Shown here: positions 50,292-64,000 of the stretch, one piece after another
Numbering within the stretch: position 1 is the stretch's first letter
How the letters are laid out: every line of letters starts with the position of its first letter
NCBI GenBank assembly: GCA_965153355.1
Contig: OZ231126.1
Location: 43,772,001 to 43,836,000, forward strand
Direction of reading: 5' to 3'
Length of the DNA stretch: 64,000 bases
From: Flaccisagitta enflata
Taxonomy: Eukaryota
Translations under genes and position numbers: made by a program
The notes under the pieces: generated by a model
Seen by the model: the letters and a program-made list of their open reading frames with translations, nothing else
The model's database searches: none
Told to the model about the DNA's origin: nothing

Positions 50292-51625
50292 TAGCCACCG
50301 GGAGTGGGATCGATTCGACTATGTTATTTTCTTGTCAACCAAAACCTCAATATTCTGGTAAGTTACTGTAACTTTTTTCTGGGAAACAGAATCAGAAATG
50401 TGATTGAAAGCCGTTCACCTTATTGATTTTCTCCATGCAGCTTGGTGCAGCATGCCTTTTAAAGGTTGTCTTTTCATATGCAAATTAGTCTAAGCGACTA
50501 ATTTGCATAGGCATATGCATCTTAATGACTTTCAAATTTCACAACATTTTAGGTGATGGTAGTAGATGTTGTTTGGAAGCAACAGTCACAGTTTCAGTTC
50601 AAATTTTGCATTTCTAAGGGGGGGTAATGACGATCTTACTGAAAACAAACATAAAATGGCCAATTAACGTTAAATTAAGTGCAATTGACCATATTTGCTA
50701 ACATCCAATTAAGAAAAAATTGCTTAACAACATCTTACTAGATACATATGAGCACATTGCAACCAAAAAAATAGTCAAAAATACATTTTTGATGTTTGAC
50801 TACTCCTGGCTATCTATGGTTTCCGCTCAACAGCCTGTGGCTTCCAGCCAATAGATCAAGCTCTTCCTAACAACATTTACCAGTTTCCTACCAACACCAT
50901 CTTGTTTCGGACCAATAATCAGATAGGATTTGTTTTCGAATCAAATTTGAGCAGGAGAACCAGAAGGTGAAAAACCTGTCAAGTAGAAGATCAAAAAGTC
51001 GTGGCTCTCGCTGATTCAATAATCCTGCAATCCATGATCCCTGACAATCAAGGCCGGATACATTGCTACCCCAGTTGCGTGCGGGTGGGCAGGGGGCTGT
51101 ATTTGAGGTCACTTGATCATTTGGGCAAGAGCAGTGAGGACAAAGACCGCGAAAAAAAAGTTGAGTGTGACGGACGGACGGATGGACGGACCGACAAAGC
51201 GGGGTGTAGAGTCGCGTAGATCGCGACTAAAAACATGGCCATGGGTCTAGGGCTGTTCCCTCGGAGAAAAAAAAACACTCAAAAGATGGTGAACGGACGG
51301 ACAAACGCATCGACATCGTAGTCTCTAGTCTCGCGGACATGAGCCTCAAGCTGCAAAATGATTCTTTATTGAATATGCGAAAGTTTTAGTCTGTAAACAC
51401 AACGGAAATGTGAGACTCATAAGATGAGAAAGCTTAAAGGATGGTGCGGCTGTCATAGTGGAAAGTGAGTCGGCGTTTTTGGACCAAAAAGAACGAAGTA
51501 TCCAATCTATATGGAGAGCGTTCTTTGTTTCAACGGGTGCATGTGGTCTAACCCAGGGCCGTATGGCAAGGGGCCGCCGGGGCTGTCATGGCGGCCCCTT
51601 GTAGGGATGGAAACCCCGGAGAGGC

Positions 51626-51702
<77 letters not shown>

Positions 51703-51997
51703 AACAAGGCTTTCTTTTACTGATATGCACTAAAAATCATTATTGTGTATATATATAGAAAAAAAATCCAAATTTAGACTGATCAGGACACTGAAAAGTT
51801 GTTGTGACACAAATTGAAGGTGGCACCCCCAAAATCAAAGACTCCCATACGGCGCTGGTCTAACCAGCCTCATCTTTCTCTCTTTATCTCTTTTTTGTCT
51901 TTCTTTCGTTCTTCTCTTGGTATCTCCAATAAGAGGCTCAACCCATCCGTTGTTGGTCCGTCATGCCCGAACCGTCAGTAAGACAGTTTGAGGTTTG

Positions 51998-52090
<93 letters not shown>

Positions 52091-53795
52091 TTTTTTTTTT
52101 TGCGAGTTTGTGTGACTGATCGGTATCCGCATCTATATTTCTCCGTTCATGTATGCGCTTCATCTTTACTTTAAGGCACTTGTCTTTTTTCAATGGGAAC
52201 CAACCATTAGAACCTAACTTCCCAGACAGTTTGTGATTACTGACAATAGACAGGTGCGGCTTGGCGCCCGTGGGTTTCTTTTTGTATGAACGCTTAAACA
52301 TTTTTTTTCCTCATTTTGGTTCTTTTTTTTTTTCTTCTATTTTTTTTTGCTTCTCTCCCTTTGTATGCAAGTCGCTTAAATGACGGGAGGGGAGGCGGCT
52401 CAGCCAATTGTTTGGCAAGTGGGTGGAAAATTGTTTTCTGAGCCCCAAATGTGTTCCGAGGGTATAAATTGAGGCTGAGGTCATTCGCTCGATGTACAAT
52501 GGGGGTCTTCCCCAAAACAAAGGCACTGTGGTCTATCAATTCATGTATTTGGCTCTTTATTTTCCAGAACGTACTCCATGTTTCGTTTTCTTCGCGTACT
52601 CAATTCATTCGGTCCACTCCCAACGAAACTTGCAAAACATACGCGAAAGGAATGATTTCATGTTTCTGAGTAATGAGTTTCGGTAATGAAATGGAAATCA
52701 TGTCCTGACTTCTTTTGTAATCTGATATGTCATAACCTCCGTCTTTTTGGTAGTTTGCCAATATCATTCATTCGCTTGCTCACGCAACATGTCTCCCTCA
52801 ATTCCTCAATGCCTCATATGCTTGCTTCTCTAACTCACCGCGGAGCCACAATACCAAACGAACAATGACGGCCTTCGTTGATATTTCTCCATATTTTAGA
52901 GCGACAGCCTTTTCACCAGTTTGGCATTCAACCAGATATACCTTTTCAGAATGTGGAAAAAATTATGTTCTATTTTCATAAATAATAAGTCATGATTTAC
53001 GGTGAGAGTGAGGTAGATGCTGAATGATCCATGAAATGATGAGTGAACAATAAACTATTACTTTTCTTCCCTCCCGTTTTTGGGTAGCGGCCTTGAAGGG
53101 GCCGATGCCGTATGCTTTCGCACATGGTAGATGGGCAAGGACAGCGATAGGATAGAGAATGTCACATTGGAATTTGGGCAGTTGCAGTGAGGCCAAAAAG
53201 CAGAATAAACGGGGAGTGGATCGGCCGACCAACACGGATCGACGGACCATCAAAGTGGTGTTTAGAGCTGTATACGTTTCAGTTCCATTTGAAAAGTGGT
53301 GATGTCGTAATGGCTGAATCCGTCTTATTCTAAATTCTGCTTCATAAAAAAGCGTTAACCACGATGAATCGTTCAACGCCATTTCTCATATAAAACAGTT
53401 CCAAACATATTTCTTTAACTTGGCCATTAATACAGCCGTCACCACAGCCTTTGCTTTCATTTAATTTTTTCCTCTCTCCTTCGGGATCATTTTTCTCATT
53501 TCACTGAAGCCAATTCTCGTTTTTCAAAACACATAAACTAAACCTCATGAATTCGCCGACCGTTAAGAAAGAAAAGAAGAAAAAAAAATAAACACAGACG
53601 TAAACATTCGAAATGTCCATTTATTCCTTCCGCTTAGTTGCCTTCTCGTGTGTATTTTAACCTCGAATCCATTTATCTAAGGCATCGGGTTCGGTGTTGG
53701 TGTTGATGAAATAATTGCGGTGGTGGTGGTGGTAGTGGTTGTAATGGTCGGTGAATCACCCATAGTTTGATCATTTAAGAGTTTTTTTTCAAGGA

Positions 53796-56700
53796 ACATC
53801 AAACAAATGAAATACAAGCAAAATGTTGCATATTCTTGAACCTTAAGGTATGTACTTTCAGGAAAAAAAAAGTTCTCTAAAATCCGCCACCAGGAACATT
53901 GCTAAAAAATAGGCTAAAAAGTAGCTATATAATGCGACATTAATTGTAAAGAATAGAGCGCATACCCAATGAGTTGTAGGCCAAATTTCCAAAAAAATCA
54001 GAAATAGTTTTTCAAAAATATGCTCTGTATTAAAACACAATTGATCTGAGCCAAAAACCTTGACTAGCTATCCTCCTGGGCAATATTGTCATATTCATGA
54101 TCCGGGTATGCTTAATGGAATTAAAGTAACATCAAAAATTTTTAGGAGCCTTTTATAATCCATAATGGACTGATAGAAAACCTTGGAAATGATCTAGTAA
54201 GAACGACATTTGATGGTTAAGTATGAAAATTGAGATATAGGGGATGGGAGCCCCTGAGGAACCCTCCAAGGGCTTTGAAAGGGAACCCCCCCCCCCAAAA
54301 AAAGGCTGAAGATGATCAAAATCACAATTTATGGCGTTATCTCTGCTGATTAATGTCTTAAGAATATATTTGCTGTCAACATATTCTCATCTGGTAGTGA
54401 GGAACAGTAGCAAAGGTTAAGAGCCCCTGGGGGAGCCTATCTCGGAGACCCCTAAGGGCCCTTTAAAGCCAAACTGACTCACCAAAAGGCAAGAAATGAC
54501 CGAAAATAATGATTTTTTGGGCTGTGGCCTTGAAAGGAATAATTTTCTGTAGTACACAGGGGGACTTTCACTTGTGCGTCTGTCTATTCATTCATATGTG
54601 CATTCCTCCCATCAAGCCTTAAGCCTAAAATCTGCCCTTGAATCAACTATCTCAAACCCCAAATCAGCTCTCTTAAGCCTGAAATTGGCCCTCTCGGGCC
54701 CAAATGCAGCCCTCTTTGGCCTTTTAGGCAGCGGCCCTTAAGGGGACGATGTCCTGTAGAACACAGGGGGACTTTTGTTTGTTTGTCTATGGGTCCATGC
54801 GTGCCCCTCACCTTGAGGCTCAAATCCCAGCCTCAAGGCTAAAATCCAAGCTTCAAGGCTCAAATCCCAGCCTTTAGGCTCAAATCCCAGCCTCGAGACT
54901 CAAAATCTTAGCCTTGAGGCTCAAATCCCAGCCTGGAGGCTCAAATCCCAGCCTGGAGGCTCAAATCCCAGCCTCGAGGCTCAAAAAAACCGAAAGTCCC
55001 GTGTTCTACAGGACATCGTCCCCTTTGGGGCCGATGCCTTACTACCCATAATCTACATTCACCAACATACATAGCAGGGCAATGGGTATCGCTGACCACA
55101 TATCGCCCTTGGGCGCCTGGTTAGATCTCAAACTAGTCCTCCCAGGGCCTCTCAGATCAGTCCCCACAGGCAACAGATGACCAGGCAAGTATCCCCCTGG
55201 TGAGAGAGGGAATAAAATCAAATGGTTTAGAGATGGGGAAAAAAATCAAAAGCTTGAAAAGAAAATTTTTTTCGAAGATTTAGCACTTTTGATAATACCA
55301 AAAAGTAAAATTTGATTACTAAAACACAATTTATATTATAATGTTTTATTGCTTTGTGGGAAAGAAAACCATAGATTTTATAACACAATGCGATGCAGGA
55401 AAGAAAAGCAATGGGGGGAATAAAATCAAAACCCCCTCAATTATACACAATACTGATTACAGATCAGCACCCTCAGCCCTTTATCGGCCTTGTTCAGCCC
55501 TGTTAGACTTTCACATCCCCCTCTTACATCTCAAATCAGCTTTATTAAGCCTCATATCAGCCCAGCTAGGCCAAAAATCAGACCTTTCAGGTTTTGAAAC
55601 AGTCTTGAAGAGGTATTAAAAACATCATAGGCCTTCAACCAGCTATCTAAGGCCTCATAAAATCTTTGAGGTAAGACAAATAAAAGTCCCAAGTGTTTTA
55701 TAGGACATCATTACCATTGAGGCCACTGCCCTGCTTCCTTACACTTGGAGTCACAGTGAGGTACAGCAGGGCATAGGATACCCCTGACCAGATATTGCCC
55801 TTGGGTGACTGGTTTGTTGATGATCCATCTGTCCGTCCATCACACTTTTGAATTCCGAGTGTTTTTTGCATTACTGCTCTTGTCCAGCCGTCCACAACTG
55901 GATTGCCGTGTATCTGGCCTTGTTTACCATGAAAAGCAAAAAATCCATACGCATAAGGTTGTTATCAGATTAAATGCATTAAAACTCAAAGACTATTGTT
56001 TGCACAGAATTCTGATGCTTGCCATCTGAAAGAGCATAGTCATATTTACCCTGTTTATTTGATGCATAGGCTCATATGGCCCAAAAAAGCAGAAAAATCA
56101 GAAAAAGGGAAATCCGGTTATTTTTCTCTGCCAGTCAGAAAGCCAAAGGATATTTGATTCTTTTCTATTCTAGTTGCGGACACTCAATTTTATAAGAGGC
56201 TTTGTCCTTCTGTCAGTCTATTAGTCTGTCAGTCCAATGGTCCATTGGACCGTAATGCAAGAGTTGAAATTTGTAGAAATGCGCATTTGGATGTGTTAGT
56301 GTGAAGGGGTGAGGCTGGGGGTTGGATGCCCCTGCCCACCCATCTGCAACAATGTTGTGACCCTACCTCACTTGTTTCTAAACAATATTGTCACTGACAG
56401 GTGGGCTGGGGCAAACATCCCCCTTCCACGACCTTCTACACACTCAAACACATGCAGGTGTGGAAGTGCGCTTTGTAGGGAAAATGCACTTTTTTACTTG
56501 ATCATTACAGACCAACAGATAGACTGACGTACCGACAGACAGATCAACAGACCAAGGGACTGATTGATGGACAAAGCTTCTCATCGAGTTGCGAGCTCAA
56601 GATTAAAAAACATTTTTAATGCATGGTTTATCAACATTTCAATCGAAATTCAATCAAAATTTCATTGAAAATGCCTTTCTTACAATAGAAAAATATTGCA

Positions 56701-56828
56701 AAAAAACAATGTAAAAAATTAGCTGTTTCCTGGTGGCGGATTTTGTAGAACTTTTCTCCCCATGATAGAATATCCCTTTAGGTACAAGATTATTTAGATT
56801 TCAGCTTGTATTAAATTTGTTTGATGTT
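53796..56828. mobile_element. About 3-kb element bounded by about 130-bp imperfect TIRs, carrying nested family A and B repeats
   Basis: aacatcaaacaaat..aatacaagc...aagttct..aaaatccgccaccagga on the left matches the reverse complement of 56720-56828; no transposase ORF recognised. Confidence 0.65.
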
Positions 56829-57010
56829 GAAATACAGTATGATTATACTACCATAACAACTCTGAATTAGGGCATAAAAGGATCAAAGACGCTTCTGTGT
56901 TAGTCACGTACATCTATCAATGTTGCTGTGTCCGTCGGTCCGTCGGTTGGTCCGTTGGTCAATAGGACGGCAACATTTCTGGTTTGCATGCGTTTTTGGC
57001 ATGTCTCCAT

Positions 57011-57164
<154 letters not shown>

Positions 57165-57421
57165 CGTGAATTGTAATGGGATAGTTGCGCTGTACCATGA
57201 TGATGTTAATTGTAATTTACGAGGTTAGGATTGGAATCAGTGTCGATTGTGATCGTGATGACATAAAAAGGTAGAACGACGGTGAATTTCGTCTCCTTAG
57301 GATTCAGGGTAAGTGACGTTGAAAATGAATTGCTTTCTTGTTGCCTTCTGTCGCCAAATTATTCAAATGCGTTTCGTCTTTTTTTTTTTCCTTCCTTTCA
57401 TTTCCAAACTGGATTCAGAGT

Positions 57422-57856
57422 CTCTCTTTGCCACCCTTCAACTCTCTTTGCCCTCCTATGCCTCTCTTTGCCTCCCTTTGCCTCTCTTTGCCTCTCTTTG
57501 GCTCTCTTTGCCTCCCTTTGCCTCTCTTTGCCTCTCTTTCGCTCTCTTTGCCTCCCTTTGCCTCTCTTTGCCTCTCTTCGGCTCTCTTTGGCTCTCTTTG
57601 CCTCTCTTTGCCATTCTTTGCCTCTCTTTGCCTCTCTTCGGCTCTCTTTGCCTCCCTCTGCCTCTCTTTACCTCCCTTTGCCTCTCTTTACCTCTCTTTA
57701 TCTCTCTTTGCCTCTCTTTGTCTCTCTTTGCCTCTCTTTGCCTTTCTTTGCCTCTCTTTGCCTCTCTTTGCATCTTTTTGCCTCTCTTTGCGTCTCTTTG
57801 CCTCTGTTTAGCTCTGTTTAGCTCTGTTTAGCTCTGTTTAGCTCTCTCTAGCTCTT
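57422..57856. repeat. 10-bp minisatellite (cctctctttg)n
   Basis: More than 40 tandem units, grading into gctctgttta. Confidence 0.92.
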
Positions 57857-59099
57857 TACTTGCACCTTCTCCCTAATTTCCACCTTAAATATGGGATTTG
57901 ACTTTCGCTTTTAGATCAGTTGCCGCTTTCCCGGTTTTAGATACGTCTTTGCAGCTCCATGAGAAGGTCTGTCCATCCGTCCGTCGGTATGTACAGTAGA
58001 TCTCGTCTAGACTTGAGATAACTGGGGCAGGCATTGTGGAAAGACGAATGCACACTGGGCCAAGTTTCCATTAATGTGCCCTAAACTCAAGCATTATACC
58101 TTATTTTACTCGTAATAACTTCCTTTTTCATCTGAAAATGCGTATTCGATATTCCAAGCAGCGGTTTAGAATTTCGCCTTTTTGATCTCCGCGAGCGAAT
58201 TAAAAAAGCGACTGATTTTCCTGGGAGCTCCTAAATCTTTGAGCAGAATCTAAGGGGTCCATGTATCCGATCAATATTGTTTTTGTAAAGCGTCAATTGC
58301 ATAAAGAGGACGTATTTTGGTGGCGCCGTGGATCTAACTGAACTCCGCAAATGTACAGATGTCTTAACCATTGATGTCAACAGTCATCGCTTAATAATCA
58401 CCAGCACGCAATTTTTAGTCGCGTGCACGCGACTCTACAACCCGCTTTGTCCGTCTGTTCGTCCTTCGGTCAAACTTTCTTTTTTTTACTTTTTATCGCA
58501 TTACTGCACCTGCCCAAATACATGAGAAGCCTTTTTCATCACTGCCCATGCCCACCAGCACGCGACTTAGGGAGCCGTGTATCCGGCCTTGTTCAGGTTG
58601 CTATGCCCTTCTGTTTGTCGTTTTGTTCTTTTTAGGTGCGCCATGGCACCTCTATAACTATAAGAGGCTCTACAATAAGAGGCTCTTTCCGTCGGTCGGT
58701 CGGTTGGTCGGTAGGTCGATCGGTTGGTCGGTCAAGCTCGAGAGAAAAATCCTATAAAATGTTTAAAATCACATGAGAACTCTTTTTAGATGCGCCATAG
58801 CACCTCTATAAGAGGCTCTGTCTGTTGGTCGGTCGGTTGGTTGGTCGGTCGGTCGGTTGGTCGGTCACGCTTGAGTTGAAAATCTCGAAAAGAAGCAAAA
58901 ATCACTGGAAATGATTCAGAATTATGCTAGGATGAATTTTAGATGCGCCATAGCATCTCTATAAGAGGCTCTGTCCGTCCGTCCATTTGTAGGTCACGCT
59001 CAAATAAAAAATCGCTAAAATTGTTTAAAGTCAATTGAAAACTGATTTAGTTCATCATTGATGATACTCGACATTTTCACCCAAATAATTAGCTACGGT

Positions 59100-59318
59100 T
59101 AGGTCTGAAAGAGCTGGGGATAGGTCGGATAGGCCTGGTGATAGGTCGGGTCGGTCTGGGAATAGGTCTGATAGAGCTGGGGATAGGTCTGATAGAGCTC
59201 GGGATAGGTCTGATAGTGCTTGGGATAGGCCTGATAGAGCTCAGGATAGGTCTGATAGAGCTAGGGATAGGTCTGATGGAGCTAGGGTTAGGTCTGATGG
59301 AGCTAGGGATAGGTCTAA
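59100..59318. repeat. 21-bp minisatellite (gataggtctgatagagctggg) inside a family B-like element
   Basis: About 10 tandem units followed by a gcccgtgtatccggccttgtt end. Confidence 0.85.
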
Positions 59319-59813
59319 GAATTAATAACGCCCGGCGCACCGTCTTGGCCCGTGTATCCGGCCTTGTTTATCATTCATATTACTCTTCATTTCATTCATT
59401 ATCATATTCCCTGTAGTCATGACAAACCAACAAGCCCGACCAGGCAAGACTGTGTCTCTGTGTGTATTGACTAAATATGTGAGATGTATGGAGATAACGA
59501 TGGACAAACAGATGAAGCGACAGAAAGGTGGAGGCTCTCAAAACACGTTTGTTGATCATTAGATTCAGTACAGGATCTCACCATGGCTTATATCAGCCGA
59601 GAAACGCGGTTTTCGCACGGACAGACGGTCCAACGGACAGACGCTCTTATAGAGATGCGTTCCTGACGGACGCATCTAAAAAGCTTTGATGATTTTATTG
59701 TTTTTTTTATAACGTGAAAATGTTTAATGCAATTACGGCCAAAGTGATAACGTGATCGCCGTACAACTTACTCAGGATTTGTCCAGGGGTTGGATGGTTA
59801 TTAGCCTGTACCG

Positions 59814-60434
59814 AAATGACAATAAACAATAAAATCAGAATTCTATGAGTAGTTCTTGTTGTATGGCTGTCTTGGGCTTCTAATGACATCAAATTTGGTC
59901 TGAAAGATTTGCATCTTGCTGGCCGCGCCTTACCTTGAACTTTCCTCAAGCCTATAGGAAACAAAAAAATTCAAGTTACTCAAATCTCATTTTTGACTGC
60001 ATATTTGAAATCTGCATGAAAAACTGATAATTGAAAGTGCTTTTCTTTTTTCAAAATTCCTTCGGGATCATAGTCAAAATTTATCTTGAAGATATGAAAA
60101 AAAGGTAAGTTCGGCGATTTTACATATAAATAAAAGAGAAAGGTAAGTTTTGCAAATTTTGATGCTTATTTTAAATACCTTCTAGTTAGAATATTGAAAA
60201 AAGGAAAACACTTTCAATTAACAGTTTTTTCTGCAGATTTCTAATCTGAAGTCAAAACAGAGATTAAAGCACTTTGAAATTTTTTGTTTCCCATAGAGGT
60301 AGGTTAATCTATGGGTATGGCGCGGAAAGCTTAATGCAGGATTTGAGTGGCAAAATTGATCTCAACAGGAGCCCAAGACAGCCCCACAGCATGAATTGCT
60401 TGTAGAATGCCACTTTTATTGCTTTTAGTCATTT
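59814..60434. mobile_element. Old palindromic MITE
   Basis: About 250-bp diverged inverted arms (ggctgtcttgggct / agcccaagacagcc; aattgaaagtg / cactttcaatt). Confidence 0.7.
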
Positions 60435-61386
60435 AGTAGAGATGCCACTCTCGCGAATCTAGCTTGCGACATCTTTGCTTTTAGATTTCTTCTTAGCGCG
60501 ATGGCAAGCCGGCTCCGGGTCTAGATGCCGGCTGTTTCTATGAGTATCCCAACAATGTGACATTTTTATGATTTTTCAGGATCACTAGGCGGGGGCGTTT
60601 ACCCGGCCAAATTATTTACTAATCCGGAATAATTATTTTGAATTTTTTTTATTTCTTAAGCGTAAGATTATTATTATTGAGCCTGAGCACTGTTTTTCTT
60701 TGCTCTGATTGGTTGAAAGAGAAACAGAATCAGGTTGTATGATTGGCTTGAAGAGTCACTCACGAACTATCGAAGGCCAAAAACGTTTCCCGACGTGCGT
60801 CGATTTTGTTAATTAAATTATTTAAATTTGATAGATTATCAAAGTTAGATTACAAAATTAGAACAAACAATCTTCACCACTCGTCAGTCAGAGCGAGTGT
60901 TCAATTGTTTCCAAATCGGGAACTAGCGTAATGTCGCCAGCAGCAAAGAAGAATCAGCTGACCGCGATGAATCAAAGACAGAACGAAGAAAAAATGCTCA
61001 GCCCTAGGAACTGTTACTCTACCGCCAAATGTCAGTGTTACGTGCCCGGGATAAAGATACCGTCATGTTTCTTAGAAAAAAAGCGAAGCATGAAGCATGG
61101 TTGGGCGAAGCAGTGCTTTTCTCAAAACTCAACTCCCCACCTCGGCGTTCCGTCCCCGCTCATGTCAGGAACATTTCTCTTGAAGGTGCGTCTTCGTGAT
61201 TCTTGCAGAAAAACAAAGCTGGATACGCGGCAGCACAATCGCGGACGGTTGGCCGGTTGCGGTAATGCAAAACCCGCTCATGATTCATAAATGCGAGGGA
61301 CCAACGCGACGGATGAACCTACAGACTGACACGGCATATAACTGTAAGGTGGAGTCACCTGTGCGGTGACTAAAGAGTGAAGTCAA

Positions 61387-61702
61387 GTTAAGGGGTAGGG
61401 TTGAGCTTGGGGGTAGGTTTGAGCTTGCGGCTAGGGTGAGCTTAGGGGTAGGGTTGAGCTTAGGGGTAGGGTTGAGTTTGGGGGTTGGGTTGAGTTTAGG
61501 TGTAGGGTTGAGTTTAGGGGTAGGGTTGAGTTGAGAGGTAGGGTTGAATTGAGAGGTAGGGTTGAGTTGAGAGGTAGGGTTGAGTTGAGAGGTAGGGTTG
61601 AGTTGAGAGGTAGGGTTGGGTTGAGAGGTAGGGTTGGGTTGAGAGTTAGGGTTGAGTTCAGGCCACGAGGGGTAGGGTTGAGATTGAAGGTAGGGGTGAG
61701 TG
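61387..61702. repeat. 18-bp G-rich minisatellite (gttgagttgagaggtagg / gttgagcttaggggtagg)
   Basis: About 16 tandem units with a strong G-strand bias. Confidence 0.88.
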
Positions 61703-61864
61703 TAGTTGTGCGTGTGTGTATGTGTGTGAATATGTGTGTGCGTGCGCGCGTGCGAGAAGAGGGGTGGGGTGTTATTGTATGACTACCCATCCCGCGTTAC
61801 TTAATACATGGCCAAGGATACACAAGATGTACTCGATTTAATTTCCTCCTTCTTCCCCCTTCAG

Positions 61865-61970
61865 ATCAGGACTGACGCATACGCGGAATAAGGATGGAAT
61901 AACAGGAACATGGAACATGAAACATGGAAGACCTCCTATAACGACAAGCCAAATTGGGAATCACAATGAG
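61865..61970 (+). other. Candidate internal exon of an unidentified gene
   Basis: Pyrimidine tract plus cAG acceptor, GAG|GTAAGA donor, one open frame (SGLTHTRNKDGITGTWNMKHGRPPITTSQIGNHNE); no recognisable domain. Confidence 0.35.
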
Positions 61971-64000
61971 GTAAGATTAAAAAAAATGTGATACATTTTT
62001 CAAAAAGAACATGTATTAGAATTGAGGCAAGCTTGCTATGCTCCTATTTCTCACAGAAAGTAATACTTCCTAGCTAAAACATATAATTGTAATAGTGTGT
62101 TGTTTAAACAAAACAAAAAATATGTTAAGAGTAAAATAAGATTTATATAAAGTTGAAAACATTTTAGGACATAAATGATTATTAAAAATTGTTTTTGATT
62201 TTACTTGAATTTCAAAAAAAGATTTTTAATTGCGTGCTCGCGACTCAACACCCCGCTTTGACCGTCTGTCTGTTGGTTGGTGGGTCAGTCGGTCTGTCTG
62301 TCTGTTGGTCCGTCACTTTTTGACTTTTTTTATCAATTTTTATGAACCTTTACTCATTTAAATAGTATACTAATATACTAAGTCATTCTAAGTGATTCTG
62401 TAATTCTCGCACGGGACTTGAATTGTAGGTGTTAGCCTTGTTTTTTAAAATCGTAGTTTCAGCATTTTTTGTTAACATAAATCGCTGTTTTTTAGAGAAT
62501 AGGAAATAATTGATTTTTCTTTAATGACTGCTTCATAAAATAATCATCAGGTTCTGTTACCCTTTTTATTTCATAAGGACCAGTAGGACTTCTTTAGGAT
62601 AGGATGTCTTTAATTTTTTGCAGATTTTAAGCTGAAACATTTTTAGCTGTATACCTAATATTTTGGCACAATTGTACAATTATCTGTGATCTTTTGTTTT
62701 TAAGCGTTTTTTTTTTTAAAATTAGGGTTAGGGGATAGTGTTAGGGTTAGGGACAGGGTTAGCTTTAGGGCTAAGGGTTGGCTGGGTTTCATGTATTATG
62801 GCCCGAAGCTATTCGAATTAAAGCTTTGCTCTCGCGGAGGATTCAGAAAGAAAAACAAAATTGTGCAGAGAATTATTCATTTTTTGCAATATTTTTTATG
62901 GTTGTTAAGTTTTGAAAAAAAAAAATTGTTAAAACTTAAAAATGTAATACTAATATAGAAAGATGAAATATTGTCCTGATTGTTTTATATTTGTATATGA
63001 TCATGAATTATTTATAAGAATTATTATTAGTTTTTAAAATTTTCTTTAAATTGAAGGCTGGGGCTGGTCCTTGAAATATTCCAAATTTTTGACAAATTTC
63101 TAATTCATATCCATGTTATTTTCATCCATTAATAAATAACAATTTTTTAAAAAAATTGTTATTTTCATCCATTAATAAATAACAATTTTTTAAAAAAATT
63201 AAGCTTAAAAAAATAACTGCAAATAAGAATGGTAAGGCTCACTTCAAAAATGCTTGTTCTTATACAAAGGAAAGCGTTTATTATAAAAACCGAGTCAATG
63301 ATAACATAAGAACAAGATTGAAAAGAGGTTAGGGGTAGGGATGAGTCTAGGGGGAATACTTTAGTTTAGGGGCAGGGAAGAGCTTACATTATAGATGTGA
63401 CACGGGGTTGCTTGGGGTTATTTGGCCAGTCCCTCCGTCCATCGGTCACACTCATGTTGGAATGAAAAAAAGGCGCACAATAGATGCCGCGGTTGTGATT
63501 ATGGGTGGGGGAAAGGGGTAAAATGACTGTGCCCACCCAGCCGCAACTATATTTTAGCCCCCTATTTGTTGTTGATTCCTTCTTTACAGTTGGGCCCTGC
63601 AATATCAGATGCCATGGGACGAACACATTAACAAGGCCGGATACACGGCCAATACCAGTCGCGGACGGGTGGGCAGGGGCGGAAATGCGTGTTTTCACAC
63701 TTTCCAACTTGATCACCACGGACCAACCAACCAACCAACCGACGGACGGACGGACGGACGGACAAAGCCTCTTATAGAGTCGCTAGTCCGCGACTAAAAA
63801 TTGTCATCTGTTGTAGATGGATTTTTATCATGCTTCATGTAAAAAGGTTTTGTTGACTGCATGTTAGGTATTATTCTTCAGCCTTGCAATGTTTGCTGGA
63901 AACGCAAAAAGGCGGACGCGGGCCGCGCATTCTTACGAAAGACATAACATGGAGATCGGGTCATCATGAAGAACTTCAAAACCACGGGAATCTCAATTTC

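Noticed and set aside
50477-50510. Hairpin with two inverted ATGCAAAT octamer motifs
   Set aside because: A single short palindrome with no associated gene; probably a repeat remnant.
63882-64000. Possible exon running off the window end (LQCLLETQKGGRGPRILTKDITWRSG...)
   Set aside because: Truncated and unrecognisable; it cannot be supported within this window.

Overview
This is eukaryotic (invertebrate-like) genomic DNA, very rich in microsatellites and non-autonomous DNA transposons; most ORFs in the supplied track are simple-repeat artefacts. Five genes can be reconstructed by hand. (1) The last exon of a ricin-B/beta-trefoil lectin-like gene (311-457, +). (2) A minus-strand LRR / proline-rich / filamin-repeat / C-terminal RING gene (1715-5911), broken into three ORFs by two MITEs; removing each MITE plus one target-site copy restores one 983-aa frame. 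(3) An 11-exon headless myosin-rod/paramyosin-like gene (16837-28966, +, about 1298 aa) with a GC-AG first intron and a probable alternative first exon. (4) A two-exon secreted C-type lectin nested antisense in one of its introns, whose 3' end is tandemly amplified five times. (5) An HMG-box gene (31718-33392, +) whose box exon is split by a Transib-like CAC...GTG element with a 5-bp TSD. The most notable pattern is that three separate MITEs sit inside otherwise intact reading frames. In the HMG case the TSD supplies a GT and the element end supplies a CAG, so splicing would restore the frame with one extra residue, i.e. a candidate 'introner'-type system. The second half of the window is mostly MITEs, Helentron/DINE-like elements and minisatellites, with only weak exon candidates. 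The organism cannot be identified from the sequence alone.
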